NCBI GenBank assembly: GCA_004431415.1
Contig: QPMI01000482.1
Location: 470,169 to 534,168, forward strand
DNA: 64,000 nt
Origin: Cyanophora paradoxa CCMP329
Taxonomy: Eukaryota > Plantae > Glaucophyta
Direction of reading: 5' to 3'
Shown: in pieces, positions 24,500 to 40,000 of the stretch
Layout of the letters: each line of letters starts with the position of its first letter
Position numbering within the stretch: position 1 is the stretch's first letter
Notes under the pieces: generated by a model
Database searches by the model: none
The model's input: only the letters and a program-made list of their open reading frames with translations
What the model was told of the DNA's origin: nothing
Made by a program: the position numbers and the translations under genes

Positions 24500-25374
24500 C
24501 AGTCCGTTCGACCTGCACGAACGCGTCGCGCCGCCTCGAGTGAAATCGATCGGCCGGGATGGGTTCGAGCTGACCCAAACGCAGATCCTCGAGTCCACGG
24601 GTCCCTTCAGCTCGAGGCAAGGGCCGGCAGTGTCACCGCATAGGAACTAGTGCTCTGAGCAGAACCCAGTCAGACCCGTCAGCGCGATCCCCCCGGAGCA
24701 CGCAGGCGATTCCTGGCTAACGTCGCTTAGCGTCACCCGGTCAAGACAACAGGCGACGGCTGGGTTGATGTTCTTAAAAAGCTATCCTTCTCAAAGTGTC
24801 GTTTGCGGGCGCGCACGCACCGGTACCGCGGAAGTGGCGACGGCCGCCTCCGGCCGCGAGAACTCCGTGTGCAACGAGCTCCTCGAGCGCTGCTCGTCTA
24901 CGCGCGCATTCTCTGGGTCACTCAGCTGTGTCAACCCGACGACTCGGCGACGAGCTGTTGGAATTCGTATACCCCACACATGTCAGCGCGTGGGCTGCGC
25001 GTCGCTGCGCGTGACTGCTGCGCATTTCGGCGCGCGCGGTGCCATACTTACTGTTGCCGTGCCCATGCATATGACGGCGGCACGACGGCTCAGTGGCTAG
25101 CGCTAGCGCTGCCCGGCGCCCGGATCCCGGACGTATACGTACCGGTACCGTCGACGTCCGACGGTCGACGTCAAACGTTAACACTTTCTCATGATCATCG
25201 GAATATCGAAATATCGATCGCTCGCCTCGGAGCCTTTCGACACTTTTCTTCGAGCCTCGGAGCGCTAGCAAGCTTAAGATCGAGAATTCAATCTGATTAT
25301 TCATGTTCAAAAAATCAAAGAAGGGCGCCGGCGTGCAGACTACGCGGATTCCGGAGATGTAGAGGCTACGGAGG

Positions 25375-28300
25375 CTACGAAGGCGCCCCTGAAGACTGCG
25401 CGATGATCGCCCGGTTCATCTCATCCTTCAGGATCCACGCCGCCTCCTTCTTGTGGGCCCGATACAGGAGCCGAAGCGTGCTCCCGACGAGCTGGGGCAG
25501 AAGCGTCAGCGCTGCAGGGGCGGCTAAAGAGCTCGGAGGAGTGCCAGCGGCGCACCTGGACGGAGTTTTCCTCCCAGTACTCCTCTCCGTAGTCCACCAG
25601 GAGCTGCCGCAAGGTCGCAACGGAGGCTCAAGGTTTCGGGAGGGCGTCTAACGGGTCGGACCTGCTCGCCAGGCGCGATGTCCCGGCTTGCAATGTACCT
25701 TCCGAAAGCGAAAGAGGGAGGGACGGGGTGAGGGGGGTGCGCTGTTGAGGGGCACTGGGCGCACAGGACCATGGGGCACTGGTCGTAGAGGACCTCGAGG
25801 GCCTCGGCGTTCGGCTCCCTGCAGGCGCATTTCAGGAGAGGCGAGGGCAGGGCGGGCACTCCTCAGCGCCCAGCGCACCGCTTGTTCTGCCCGGTGCAGC
25901 CCCTGTGGCGCGGAGGCAGCCCATCAGGGGGCGGGGGGGGATGAGGGGGCAGGGGGTACCGGTAATCGTTCACGAGGGCGAGGAGCCCGCGCTTCTCGAA
26001 GGAGTCTATGTACAGTCCGGCCTTGACCTTTGGCTGAGCGGCGGCCGCGCCCCGCTTCGAGCTCTCCGGCTTGCCGTTCGAGATGACGATGCTCATGCCG
26101 TACCTGCAGGGGAGTGAGGGGCGCGGCGGGGCGAGGGCGCGGGGCGGGCCCAGGGCCCCCCAAGCAGCTCACCTCGCCCGCCTGTGCTTCCTCAGCACCT
26201 CCTCTTCATCATCCTCCAACAGCCGTTCCAGCCCGTCGAGCCTGCCGCCCGCCCCTGGCCTCAGGAAGCGAACTGTACGCGAGCCGGGCACCGGGCGCGG
26301 CCCCGCCGCACCGGAGTACTCCCCAGTAGGCCCCAAGCACTTCACCCTTCCGGATGCCCACGCCGCCCCGCTCCGCCGGCCTGGCGAAGAGGCCGAAGCT
26401 CGCCTGGAGGGGGTCGTAGGCCGGGTCCAGCGTGTCCCGGATGCGCCCGATCTGAGGCGAGGGCCGTCGAGTGAGCCGTCGCGGGGCGCCGCAGGGACAG
26501 GCTCGGGGGGGCACCAGGATCTGGGCGTGCTCCACAAAACCCCGCCGCTTGAACGCCCTGTGCGGCGCTCAGGCGCCGGCCGGCGAGCTCGGGCGTGCGG
26601 GGCGCTCACTCGAGGGCCTCCTCGAGGGACGCGCGCGAGTCGTGGCCGATGTCCCGCAGGAACTGCCCCGCCCCCCAGGCCCCGTCAGGCGCGAGCCGGC
26701 ACGGGAGCAGTTGCGGTGGCCCCTCGCACCTGGGCACTTCGTTTGGGGAACCAGAACTTGCCGCGCTGCGGGCCACTGCCGGAGTGGGCCAGAGCGGCCA
26801 CCTGCCTCTTCACCTCCTCATCGACTGCCGGGCCGGCCGTCGGCAGCTGCGGCATAGCGCGAAAACGTCAGGCCCGCTATCCTCTTCGAGGCGGCGTTCG
26901 ACGCGATGACAAGCAGGCACACCTTCGGGTTTCTCGGGTCGACCTTCAGCTGCTTCACTGCGACCTGCGTGACTTTGCAGCCCAGGCCCCGCGCCGCCGC
27001 CGCCTCGACCGCGTCCCAACCGCACGACTCGAACGGCGTGCCGGCGGCGTCGCCCTGGGACCAGCCGAGAATTTCGGGGTCAACGAGGAACCGCCTCGCC
27101 AGCGCCTGGTGCCAGGCAGCGGGCTGCTCCTGCCCTTGCGGAGGCGTGGAGGAGGAGAAGGAGGCGGCGGTGGCGGGGGCGGAGACGGGGCCCGAGCCGC
27201 CGGCCCTAAGCGCCGCTGCCACGCACTTGGAGGCGAGCGGCCGGAACGCTTGCGAGGCGGCCTCGCCCTCCGAAGGGAGTCTCCCGATCTTTGTTGCGAG
27301 CATCGAGGGCGGACGAGGCGGGTCGTGCAACGCGCAGGAGCCCTGCTGCCGCGCCGACGACGACTTGATGGGGCCGTGACGCGTCGGGCCCGGCGCCGGC
27401 CCCGAAGACGAGGAGCCCGCCGAGGAGCTCGGCGAAACCGCCCGCTGCTGCGGCTTCTTGTGCCGCTTCGTTTCGCAGTAGTTGACCTCCCTCGTCGCTG
27501 CTGTCCGCTTCGGGCGCGCCGGCGGCGCTGCCGGGCCCCCGGCGGCGCCGCCAGCTGCAGACGGCGACCGGCCCGGCGGCGGCGGCGCCCCCGCCTGGCG
27601 AGGCAGCTTCGCTGGCTTCCCCGCGTCGCTTGCCGGCTCCCGGCGGGGCGCCGAGGGCCGGGGCGCCGCCGGAGCCGGGCCGCCGGCTTCGTCGTCACTG
27701 TCATCGAGGACGATGATATCCGGTGGCGCCCGCTGCTGCTGCTGCGGCGGCGGCGGCGGCACCGCCGCCGGCTCCTCCTCCTCCTCCTCCTCCTCCTCCT
27801 CCTCCTGCTCCTCCTGCTCCTCCTCGCTGCTGTCCGGGTGTAGTTCCACGGGCGATGTGGTGGCCTCGTCTTCGACCTCCACGCGGCGACTTCCCCGCCC
27901 GCCCCCAGCGGCCTGCGGCGCCGGAGCCGCCTCCGCCCCTCCCTCCTCCTCCCCGTCCTCGAGGTCAACGGCGCGGCGCCTCGCCTTGGACGCTGGCGCG
28001 CCCTGTGGCGGCGTGAGAGGCGGGCGCGCGGCGCGGCGGCGCGGGGCGGGCGGGGCGGCGAACCGCGCGGGGCGGCGGGCCCTCCGGGGCAGCCGGCTCC
28101 GGCACGGGCGGCTGCTGGAAGGCGTCCTCTGCGGGCCGCAGGGAGCCCCGCTGGGCCCCGGGGCTCGCCGCGCCCGGGGAGGGCGCCCCGCCTGCCGAGC
28201 TGCTGGCACACGAGGGCCCCGGAGCTGGCGAGGGAGGGGGGAAGAAGACAGCGCTCAGACGGGAGGGCCCTGCAGCCGGCGCCACGGGGGCCGCCGGGTG

Positions 28301-28918
28301 CGAGGGGGCGGAAGACCTAGAGACGGCGCCCAACGAGGTTTGGACAGAATGGGACCGGCTGGCCGCGGTGGGTGCTCGATCGGGCGGGGCCGGCGCGGCG
28401 TGCGTCTGCGCGAGGGAGGCCGGCGGCGGGAAGGGAGCAGCGGCCGCGCCGGAAGAGCTGGGGCGGGAGTGCTCTCCGCTCGCGCGTGAAGCGGCGGCGG
28501 CAGGCGGGCCGGACTTCGACGGGGGCGGGGCTGCTGCTGCTCGAGGCGACGGCTGGAGAGGCGCCGCCGCCTGCGACGGCGCGGGACGGGGGACGCGTGA
28601 AGGCGCGGTAGAGGCGGCGGGCGCAACGGCGGCCGACGTCGCGGCGGGCGCGCATGCCGCCGGCTGTGGCGGGGCGGCTGCGGCGGCGCATGCATATGGC
28701 GGTTGGGCTGCAACGGCGAACGCGCGCGCCGCCGGCTGCGGGGGGGCGGCGGATCCGGAGGCGGCGCCTGGCGGTTGGGACGCGGGCCCCGAGACGGCGG
28801 AAGGGGAGGCGCTTGTGGCTCGGGGCTTCGCGGTGGGCCCGGCCGGGCCTTTTCCGTCGTCATCGTCGTCGATTCCAGTGAGGTCGATATTGTCGATCAC
28901 ATTGCTTGGTCCCGCCAT
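25375..28918 (-). CDS. SET-domain protein, paralog B (low-complexity N-terminus with SUMO-interacting-like motifs)
   Basis: MAGPSNVIDNIDLTG..., then a block shared with paralog A (LARRFLVDPEILGWSQGD...CGWDAV; QFLRDIGHDSRASLEEAL; IGRIRDTLDPAYDPLQASFGLFAR). SET motifs follow: IRKGEVLGAYWGVL, GLLALVNDYR, YIASRDIAPGEQ|LLVDYGEEYW. The last exon reads LVGSTLRLLYRAHKKEAAWILK...PS*. Confidence 0.82.
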
Positions 28919-29481
28919 CCGAGCGTTCGCGCCACGCGCTGAGGCGCATGCAGAGGGCCCAGCTGCCCCGAAGAAGGAGATCAACCTGCGCAGTATCAGG
29001 TCCGCTCAGCGAATCTACGGAATGCCCTCGCCCGCGCACGCACGGAGTCAGCGGTGCCGCGGCGCCATGCCCTCGGAACAGCCGTTCGGCGCGAAGCGAT
29101 AGCCTGCACAGAACGTGAGACGAGGCGAGCCCACACCGCTTTTACAGGCGCTCGCAGTCCCGGGAGGTAGAGGCAGATGTGCAGGAGACAAGCGAATGCG
29201 ACTCGGGAGTCGGGAGGTTGACGGGAACGCCTAGCGGGTGCTTCCGCTCTCGTGAGCGCTTGGGGGACGGTGCCGCGCTCGAGGAAACGCTTTGTTATCG
29301 GAGTTGGGGACGCGGGGCGCACGTTCAGCTCGGGTCAGGCAGGTCGACAGCGCGAGAGCGGCCAGACCGGGAGACGGGCCACCAACTCGCGATCTCCGTG
29401 GGCTGCACAGGGCGGGCCGAGCAGCGATCGCTCCTCGCCTCCGTCGTTGTACCCCTTTTCCTTTCGGCGAATCCGCGCGAA

Positions 29482-32400
29482 ATGGGTGCGCGTGGTCTGT
29501 CTGGGCATTTGTCGAAGCTGAGCAACGCGCAGAGCCCACATCGTCTTCCGGGCGGCGCTCCCGGCCCTCGCTGAAGAAGCAGCTCGCAAGCGAGGAAAAC
29601 GAACCTGACGAGGAAGAACTGGAGGAGGTCCGATCGCGATTGCACATATCCAGCGGTTCCGAGAGCCCTTGCTGATCGTTCGGGCCGCAGGCCAGGCGAA
29701 GCAAGAGTTCGGCGGGACCATCGAGGCGTCGACGAAAATCGGCGGAGGACGAGGATGCCGAAGCTAGAGGCGACAGGTAGCTTGGAATGGCTCTGTGGAT
29801 GCGCCCGCCGGCTCACATTCAAACTTCGACCGCGCTTCCAGCGATGGCGAGCTCAGCGATGGCGGCGACCCTGAGGATGACGGCAAGAAGAAGGGCAAAA
29901 GGGCGAGCGGCGCGAAGCGTGGCGGAGGCTCTGGGCGCGGCAGGGGACGCGGTGGCGGCGGCAGGGGCGGCGCGAGGAAGCGGGATGCCGCTGAGCCGGG
30001 CCCTCCGCCCGATGCGATACAGCCGGAGGAGAGCGTCGCCGCAGGGGAGCTTGCCCTCCCATCGGTGCCCGAGCCGTCTGCGCCGGTGCCCGTGGCGGCG
30101 GGCGCGGTCGCGAAGAAGAAGAAGTCAGACCGCGAGTCGGTCATGACGGACGAGAAGCAGCAGCAGCACGTCGAGAGGCTACTTTCGTGCGCCCTGCGCG
30201 CAGCTGCGCGCGCACGAGCGCTCAGATCCGGCCCGCGCGCGCAGGCGGGAAGTCGACCGCATCCGGGAATGGCTCAAGCGGCAAACGGAGACGCCGCAAG
30301 AAGACCTCCTCCCGCGCGCCCACGACGCGATGGTCTTCGCGACGTTCCCCGACGGGTGCGCCGGGGCCCCGCTGCGCCGGCGCCGCGCCGGGATCGAGGG
30401 GCGGGCGGGCAGGAGCCAGGCGGAGGAGCACATCCGGTCGCTGTGGATGGAGGGCCACCTCTTCGCCATCATGAACGACGTGGACAACGAGGTCCTAGGC
30501 GACCACACACCCCTCAAGCGCGTCGGCTTCGGCGGCGCCCTCGTCCGCCCGCCCTCGCCCGCCCCGCCCCGTCCCCGCGCGCCCGCCCACGCCGCCCCCG
30601 CAGACGCTCTTCGACGACGGCATCCTCTTCGACTCCCCGGCTAACCGCGAGCGGAAAGCCGAGGTCGGCACTCAGCGCACCCGTCCCCCGCCAGTCGCCG
30701 CGACTCAAAAGCGGCACCCAGGTCGTGCTGGGGGCGGGCGGCCCCGTGTGGGCGATGGACTGGTGCCCCATGCCCCCGCCGGTGCAGGACAAGGAGGGCA
30801 TGCAGGACCAGTACCTGGCCGTGGGGGTGCACAAGCCGGACGAGGCGCTGCACAAGATCGGGACGGCGTACGCGGACCGGACGGCGATCCAGGTGTGGCG
30901 GATCGGCGCGCCGAGCCAGGAGGGCCAGCAGGAGGTGATGGGCATCATGGAGCTCCTCATCCTCCACGACTTCGGCTGCGCCTGGTCCCTCCGCTGGTGC
31001 CCTGCGCCCATGCGCGCCTGCGTCGTCGGCGGGCCCGTGCGCCCTCCTGCTCCCCCCCTCCCCCCGCCCGCGGCCTCACCGAGGGGAGCGGCGGCAGCAA
31101 AACCTGGTGACGAGGCTGGGCGTCCTCGCCGGCACCTTCGGGGACGGCACCCTCCGCCTCCTCGCCGTCCCCAGCCCCTACTGCGCCGCCATCAACGCCC
31201 CCCGTGCGCTCGGCCTCCTCGCCAGACCCACTCCCCGCCCCCGCGCCCCTTTCTCTTTCCGTTTCGGGGTTGCTGCGCGAGCTCTCTGGCCAGGGCCTTC
31301 CCGTCCCCTGGGTCGGCGCCGAAGAATGGCTCGCAGACGAAGTGCGCTAGGGTGTGGCGTGGCGCGCTGCGCCGGCCGCAACATGCCGCCGCCGCAAGGG
31401 CCCCGCCCGAGAACGGGGTACCTACGGCGCGCGGTGGCCGCGCGCGGCCGCTGCTGTCTGCCCTAGCGTGAGTGTGGAGACTCCTCTGTGCGCATCCTAG
31501 AAAGGCGCCAGGGCTACAACTCACTCAACATTCCACGTCTCTCCCATCTCTCTCCCCCCTCTGCCTCCCTTGGCCGCCGGCCTGCGCTCGCCGGCGCTCT
31601 GACGGGCCGGCGCAGCGTCGGCACGGACGGCGTCAGGGTGCACGGCGCTGCACCTGCGGCCGCTGGCGACGCTGACCGTGCCGAACACGCTCGTCTGGTC
31701 CTGCGACTGGTGCCCGACGAGCCCCGACCTGCTCGCCGGCGGCTGCACGGACGGCTCGGTCGCGCTCTGGCGGGTGACGGACGGCGGGGAGCGGCCGAGC
31801 CCGCTCTGGCACGTGCGGGGGCACGCGGCGCCCGTGCGCTCGGTCTGCTGGTGCCCGGGCAGCGACTTCCTCTTCGCGACGGGCGGCCACGACGGCCGCG
31901 TCATGGCGCGCCCTTGCCCCGCGCCCCCCTTCCCTTCGCGGCCCCGCCGACCGCCCCGCGCCCAGGTCTGGGACCGGAGGGACGCTTTCGAGCCGCTGTT
32001 CAGGCACCACGTCGGCCGCGGTGAGCCCGCCCCGCCGCCCCGCCCCGCGCGCCGCCCGAGGGCGCCCGCGCCGACGCCGGGGGCGCAGGCTGGGTGGTGG
32101 ACATGTCATGGCCCCACTACTCCCCCGGCGTCGTCCTCGCCATGGACGACACGCTGGTGCGCCCGTACCCCCCTTTCCTGGTCGATCGACCCTGCACCCC
32201 CGGGCGCCAACCGCTCGCGCCCCCGCAGATTCGCCACCTGGACTTCCGGGACTGCGCGGCGCACGTCGCGCCGTACCACAGCGGGAACCTGTGGGTGCTT
32301 CCCGCGCCCGGCCCGCCGCCCGCCCCCCTCGCCCCGCCCTGCCCCCGCCGCGTGCCTCGAGCTCGGGGGTCGGCGCAGAGCGTCTCGGGGAGCCACGTGA

Positions 32401-33012
32401 CGCAGCGGTTCGCGTCGGGCGGGGCGGATGGGCGCATCGTCGTGTGGTCGCTGCCGGCCTTCGAGCTGAAGCTGAAGCACCTGGCGGAGCGGCCGGTGCT
32501 GCGGGAGGCGGCGCGCGTGCGCTGGCTCCAGGAGGAGCGCCTCATGATCTTCTCGGCGCGCCCCGGCGAGCCCCGCGTCCACGTCAGCCAGCTCTCCAAG
32601 GACGAGGCCACCGGCGGCGAGGCGCGCCTGCACCCCCGCCCGCCCCCAATGCTCGGCCCTTGCCGGCGAGTGACGCGGGGGCGGGCGGGCAGGGCTCGAG
32701 CGGGGGCAAGACGGAGCACGACCTCTCCATCTCCGTCCACGCCCAGCGCCGGTGCGCGGCTCCCGCCCCCGCACACGAACCCTCCCTCGCCGCCCTCGCC
32801 GCCCCGCGCGGGGCGCCCGGTCGCCGAGGCCCCTGGGGCGCAGGGTGATGTCCGTGGTGAACGCCTCGTCCGAGGGCCAGCCGCTCTCCCTCAAGGAGTT
32901 CCCGCCCCTCGAGGGCGCCGTCGACCGCGTCTGCTTCAACCGCAACCCCAACGGCGCCCGCTGGCTCGCCGTCGGCCTCGCCTGCGGCTACGTCCGCTGC
33001 CTCTGGATCTAG
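29482..33012 (+). CDS. GTF3C2: Transcription factor IIIC WD40 subunit (GTF3C2/TFIIIC110/Tfc6)
   Basis: GGPVWAMDWCP...QYLAV...AIQVW...ILHDFGCAWSLRWCP...RLGVLAGTFGDGTLRLLAVPSP, further WD repeats (VWSCDWCP, HAAPVRSVCWCP), and a C-terminal AVDRVCFNRN...WLAVGLACGYVRCL*. This order matches the Tfc6/GTF3C2 pattern. The N-terminus is acidic/basic. Confidence 0.8.
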
Positions 33013-33324
33013 CTACCCGTCCCTCCCTCGCCCCGCCCCGCCCTTTCCCTTGCCCCTCCGTCCCCTGCTTCGCCCCGTCCTTGCGCGCGTTTCAATTTGC
33101 CTCTCCATCAATACTGTGTTGCCCTTACGTACTCGCATACAAAAATCCTGAATTTCGACCCTATCTCCCAAACTCAGCCCCTCGCGTACCCCGTGGAGCT
33201 GGGGCCAGTTAGCAACGAGGCGCTGAAGTTGATCGGGGAACAAGAGCTATACGACTCCGCTACACGGTTAACGTTCGAATTCGAACGCACTGCCATCTTC
33301 GGCCTAGGCCGCTCGGCGACGAGC

Positions 33325-36258
<2,934 letters not shown>

Positions 36259-36770
36259 ACTTCGCCTTCAGTGCCCCGGCTGGCGGCTATAATTAGGGGC
36301 CGGGCGGCTGGCCCGGGCTGGGTCCGATCCTGGTTTTTTGGCGCCAGATACCCCTCTCCCTGCGGCGCTGGCTGACTCAGCTGCAGTGAGGTCCGGCTCA
36401 CCAGGCTGACACTAGCCTAGTAGAGCCATACAATTTCCTTCGTACAGGTGAGTTAAAATCCTCACAAATTAAAGGCAATCGAGTGAGACCGGTACCCTCG
36501 ACTATCCACTGAGTTCACATGGACTTTCTGCCACGGGGCCCAGCTCTTCTCGCGATCGATCTAGAATACGTGCACGTGTCGGAATCATGAATTTAACTCG
36601 GAATGCATATGCATGTGCATGTGCATGTGGCCCATGGCCTTCACTAAGGCAGCATGCGCAAGCTTCTAAGGCTTCAAATTCACTGAGTCACGATTCACGT
36701 GCGCATGCACGGACTCTCTCTCCGGGATGTTAATTCACGGCTATAATTAAATTCCCTTAAATCGACGTGC

Positions 36771-36944
36771 CCGCGCTTTAGCGCAGTGGTACAAGGTCGT
36801 GCTACGACCTCCCGGATTTCCGGGTTCGGTTCCTACTGTTTCCGCTTCGTTGTACTTCGAATCCCCGTGATTCCTGATACCGTGACTTGTATCCTCGTTG
36901 TGTACTACGAGTGGGTACGCCCGCCGTAGATCTTAAAAAAAAAA
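36771..36944 (+). mobile_element. tRNA-derived SINE (tRNA-Ser(GCU)-like head) with poly(A) tail and 7-bp TSD
   Basis: A box TAGCGCAGTGG (36779-36789), anticodon-like hairpin AGGTC-GTGCTAC-GACCT, and B box GGTTCGGTTCC (36823-36833). An A10 tail lies at 36935-36944. The direct repeat GACGTGC flanks both ends (36764-36770 and 36945-36951). Confidence 0.8.
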
Positions 36945-38018
36945 GACGTGCATTTGCACGACGTGCCGCAGTGCAATTCGCGCAAATTCACGGAGTTCCC
37001 TTAATGAGTTAAATCGACGACGCGCGATTCGATGGACCGTCAGTGTGTCCGTGACCGTCGGACAGTCCCGGAGTCCGTCAGAGTCGGCCAGACAGGGGAA
37101 GTGTCCTGGAAGTCTGCTCAGTCTAGGCTCTAGAGTCAGTGAGTGCCACGGTGCTCATGCAGGTCGTTTTCAGTCTAGATCTAGATCTCTAGAATCGATA
37201 TCGATCTCTACATCCGTCCGACGGTCGGATCCGAATCATGATCATCCGAAGGACGATCCGATGATCTGGCCCATCTGGGGGACTGGGGCGCCGAGCGGCC
37301 GATCGATCGCGATTCGCGATTCGCGAGCCTCGGAGTCCGACCGTCCGCCGGCGTCCGGATCCCGGCCGCGGACCCGGCGTCTCCGACGGTCCGAGGATAT
37401 ATCATAGTATATCGATCGATATCCGATCGAATATTATCGATATCGGACTCCTATCATAGTATATCGGAGTCCGACGGTCATCGCCGAGTCGAGCCGGGCG
37501 GCCGGTCATGATCATTTGCCAGCGCTAGCTGCTGCTGAGCTGCAGCAAGTTGCGAATCGCGAATCGCGAATCATTGAATCGCGATGCGACTCCGACGGTC
37601 GACGACTCGACGTCGATCCCGGAGTCCGACGGTCCGGTCCGCGCCGGGCGCCGTCGCGGCGCCGACGCCAGGACTCTATGACTAGTGGCCCGGCCGCGTT
37701 GTGGCGCGCCGGGGGTGCAAGGGGGGAATCTGGATCTAATGAAAGAGTAGTAGTGGCACGAACATGCACGGGGCAGATGTAGATCGACCCCGGCCCAGCG
37801 CGCACGGCAGGTTGAAGTAGTAAAGATAGAGACAGATTATATATGATTGTAAAGAGTAGAAAAGGGCTGTCATGCAGAGGCTGCGATCTAACCGAATAAA
37901 GAAAAGCCTGAATGAACGGCCAGATTGAGCGCACTGTATATGAAAGATTGTTCTGGAGCGAAAAAACGCTGCGCATCATTTGTGTGCGCGCGGCCTACCG
38001 CTGACCCTGAACAGCTGG

Positions 38019-38691
38019 CTAAAAGATGATGGTGCTGTCTGCAGAGGGCTCGCCGTAAACATACGCGATCCAGGCCTTCTGCAGGGGGTCGGGGCGGAAG
38101 TCGACCATGGGGGTGAGCGGCAGCCAGCGGCGTCGGTCATGAAGAGGGCCGTCTTGCGAGAGCATGGTGAGGCGGCCCGCCGCCTCGAGCGCCCGCAGAG
38201 CCACGCGGCTGTCGTGCTGCCCGCTCCCGGCGCGCATCTGGTAGACAAGGTCTTGAATTTCGATATCCGCGAGGCCGGCGTCTCGGAGGCTTCGAATTCC
38301 CCCCCAAATGTCCGGACTATGTAAACAAATGCCGCCCGTGCACGACGATGAGAGCGTGCAGTGCGACGGCAGGAAATCTCGCCCGAGGACAAGGTCCAAT
38401 GCAGCTGTCCGTCCCATCTCGTCTGAAATTCGCCAAGGGAAGGTCTTTCCCTGAGCTACTGCTGAATAAGGGAACTCCCGGCTGTTGCAAACACTGCTGA
38501 AACTTAAGCTGCAGTGCAGCCAGCTGGCCTGTTAGCTGGATCCGTAACGGCCGGAAAGCGGCGTGCAGCGGCGCGTCCGGAGGCAATGCCCAGGCCGTGT
38601 GACAGGCGGCGGGTGTGCACGCACGTGCACGCGGCGCAACACAAGGCGCACGCGGGGTGCCGAATGAGCGGACGAGCGCCACTGCGGCCAC
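38019..38691 (-). CDS. Possible hypothetical gene or gene fragment
   Basis: Two overlapping protein-like ORFs (MAAVALVRSFG... and ...RRWLPLTPMVDFRPDPLQKAWIAYVYGE...). I could not resolve a splice model or recognise a domain. Confidence 0.25.
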
Positions 38692-38938
38692 GTCGTGCGC
38701 AGCACACTAGCTAGTCTGCTGTCCGGGTCACCGGGTGCCGATCGCAACAATTTGCAAGAGCGCCGAGCGCCCGGCCCGGCCGGCGTGCTCGGCCGGCACA
38801 CGCGGTTCTGCAATATAAGCTCGATATAAGCTCGATATAAGCGCAGCAAGAGAGTACGGTCTAGATCTGGCCGGTCGGGTGTGCTCGTCTGCGATCAGCT
38901 GCAGCGGCGCAGGCAGCAACGCAAGCAGTTTGCAGGCG

Positions 38939-39090
38939 GAAATCTAGAGGAAACGTTGACAGGTAGAGAGAAGTGGTTGCATGCAGAACCGCGCAACGAA
39001 GAGCAAGGCGTACGCGACGCACTGCGAGGAAGCCGAAATCTAGAGGAGACAGCTAGGGAGAACTGGTTCCATGCAGAACCGCACAAGGAA
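38939..39090. repeat. Imperfect direct repeat with ~96-nt period
   Basis: gaaatctagagga...gagaagtggttgcatgcagaaccgc is repeated as gaaatctagagga...gagaactggttccatgcagaaccgc. Confidence 0.7.
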
Positions 39091-39114
39091 TTCGAAGACC
39101 GGAGTTAGAGAGAA

Positions 39115-39356
39115 CACAGCTCGTTGTTTTTACCGGTCGACCCAACACGGCGAGTATCCGGTTTTCCTTAAAATTCCCCGCGGGTATTTGGAATTCCCCG
39201 GCTTTAGCTAGTGCAATCTACCCGCTAGCTTGCCGGCTACAAGCTGACGTAGGCGCACTAGCCGGCTCGTAGCGGGTGAAAAGTTATCGCGATCGCCGGC
39301 TCCCCTTGCCCATACAACGGGCATGTTGAGTCGATTAGGAAAAAAAACGAGCTGTG
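39115..39356. mobile_element. Non-autonomous CMC/CACTA-like MITE
   Basis: Imperfect ~35-bp terminal inverted repeats (TIRs) beginning CACAGCTCGTT at both ends. The 3-bp TSD GAA lies at 39112-39114 and 39357-39359. Confidence 0.75.
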
Positions 39357-39614
39357 GAAGGTAGTTTTCCCCTCGAACACCACTTTTTCCCCTCGAACTC
39401 GACGCTCGAAAGTCGAGAGCTGACCGGTCCACCGAGCCAATCGGAACGCGAATAACCAACATTTTTGTTGCAAACTGGACCTCGAAAACGGCCTCATAGA
39501 AAAATTTTGGCTGAAGCGAGGGAACGGGAAGCAAGGGGGGGAAGACCTTCGGTCTTCTTTTCCCCCCTTGCAATCATGAGGACCGACGGTCATCATGCGA
39601 GTCACTGAGTACTA

Positions 39615-39840
39615 CCGTACGTAGAACACAATACCGGGGTAATATCGGGCACTTTACTATGTCGCGACCAAATTATGTCGGTTCGGACGTGATCTAACGA
39701 CATAATTTGGGACCGTCATAAAACGGGTACAGGAACTTGTCAGTAAGTCGCCCATACAATTAACCGCCCGGTCCGCCCCATACAAGCAAAAATTTCATGA
39801 CGACAGAATTTGGGGCCGTCATATTTTACCAAGAGAAGGG
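39615..39840. mobile_element. Degenerate MITE-like fragment related to the 41252-41532 element
   Basis: Starts TA-CCGT...GTAGAACACA and shares TCGGGCACT, CCAAATTA and CGCCCCATACA with the 41.3-kb element. The right end was not found. Confidence 0.4.
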
Positions 39841-40000
39841 TCAAGTTTTATAACGATGCGAGTCATGCGAAGTCCGACGGATCCGATGATCCGGAGTCCG
39901 GACTCCGGAGTCCGGAGTCCGGACCGGCCGGCGAGTCGGCGGCGACGGTCGACGTCGACCGGCAGGCGCGGGCATGTGCAGTACCGGTACTAGCTATAGT

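Noticed and set aside
20078-28489. Very long + strand ORFs (e.g. 20705-22258, 21904-23331, 26071-27843)
   Set aside because: They are antisense shadows of the SET genes. Extreme GC content removes stop codons, and the translations are Arg/Gly/Pro low-complexity with no motifs.
36771-36845. Functional tRNA-Ser gene
   Set aside because: No acceptor stem or proper D-stem. It is followed by an unrelated body, poly(A) and a TSD, so it is called a SINE.
38360-38417. LDLVLGRDFL resembling the C-terminal motif of a retroviral-type protease
   Set aside because: No upstream D(T/S)G motif or other retroelement domain nearby, so it is likely chance.
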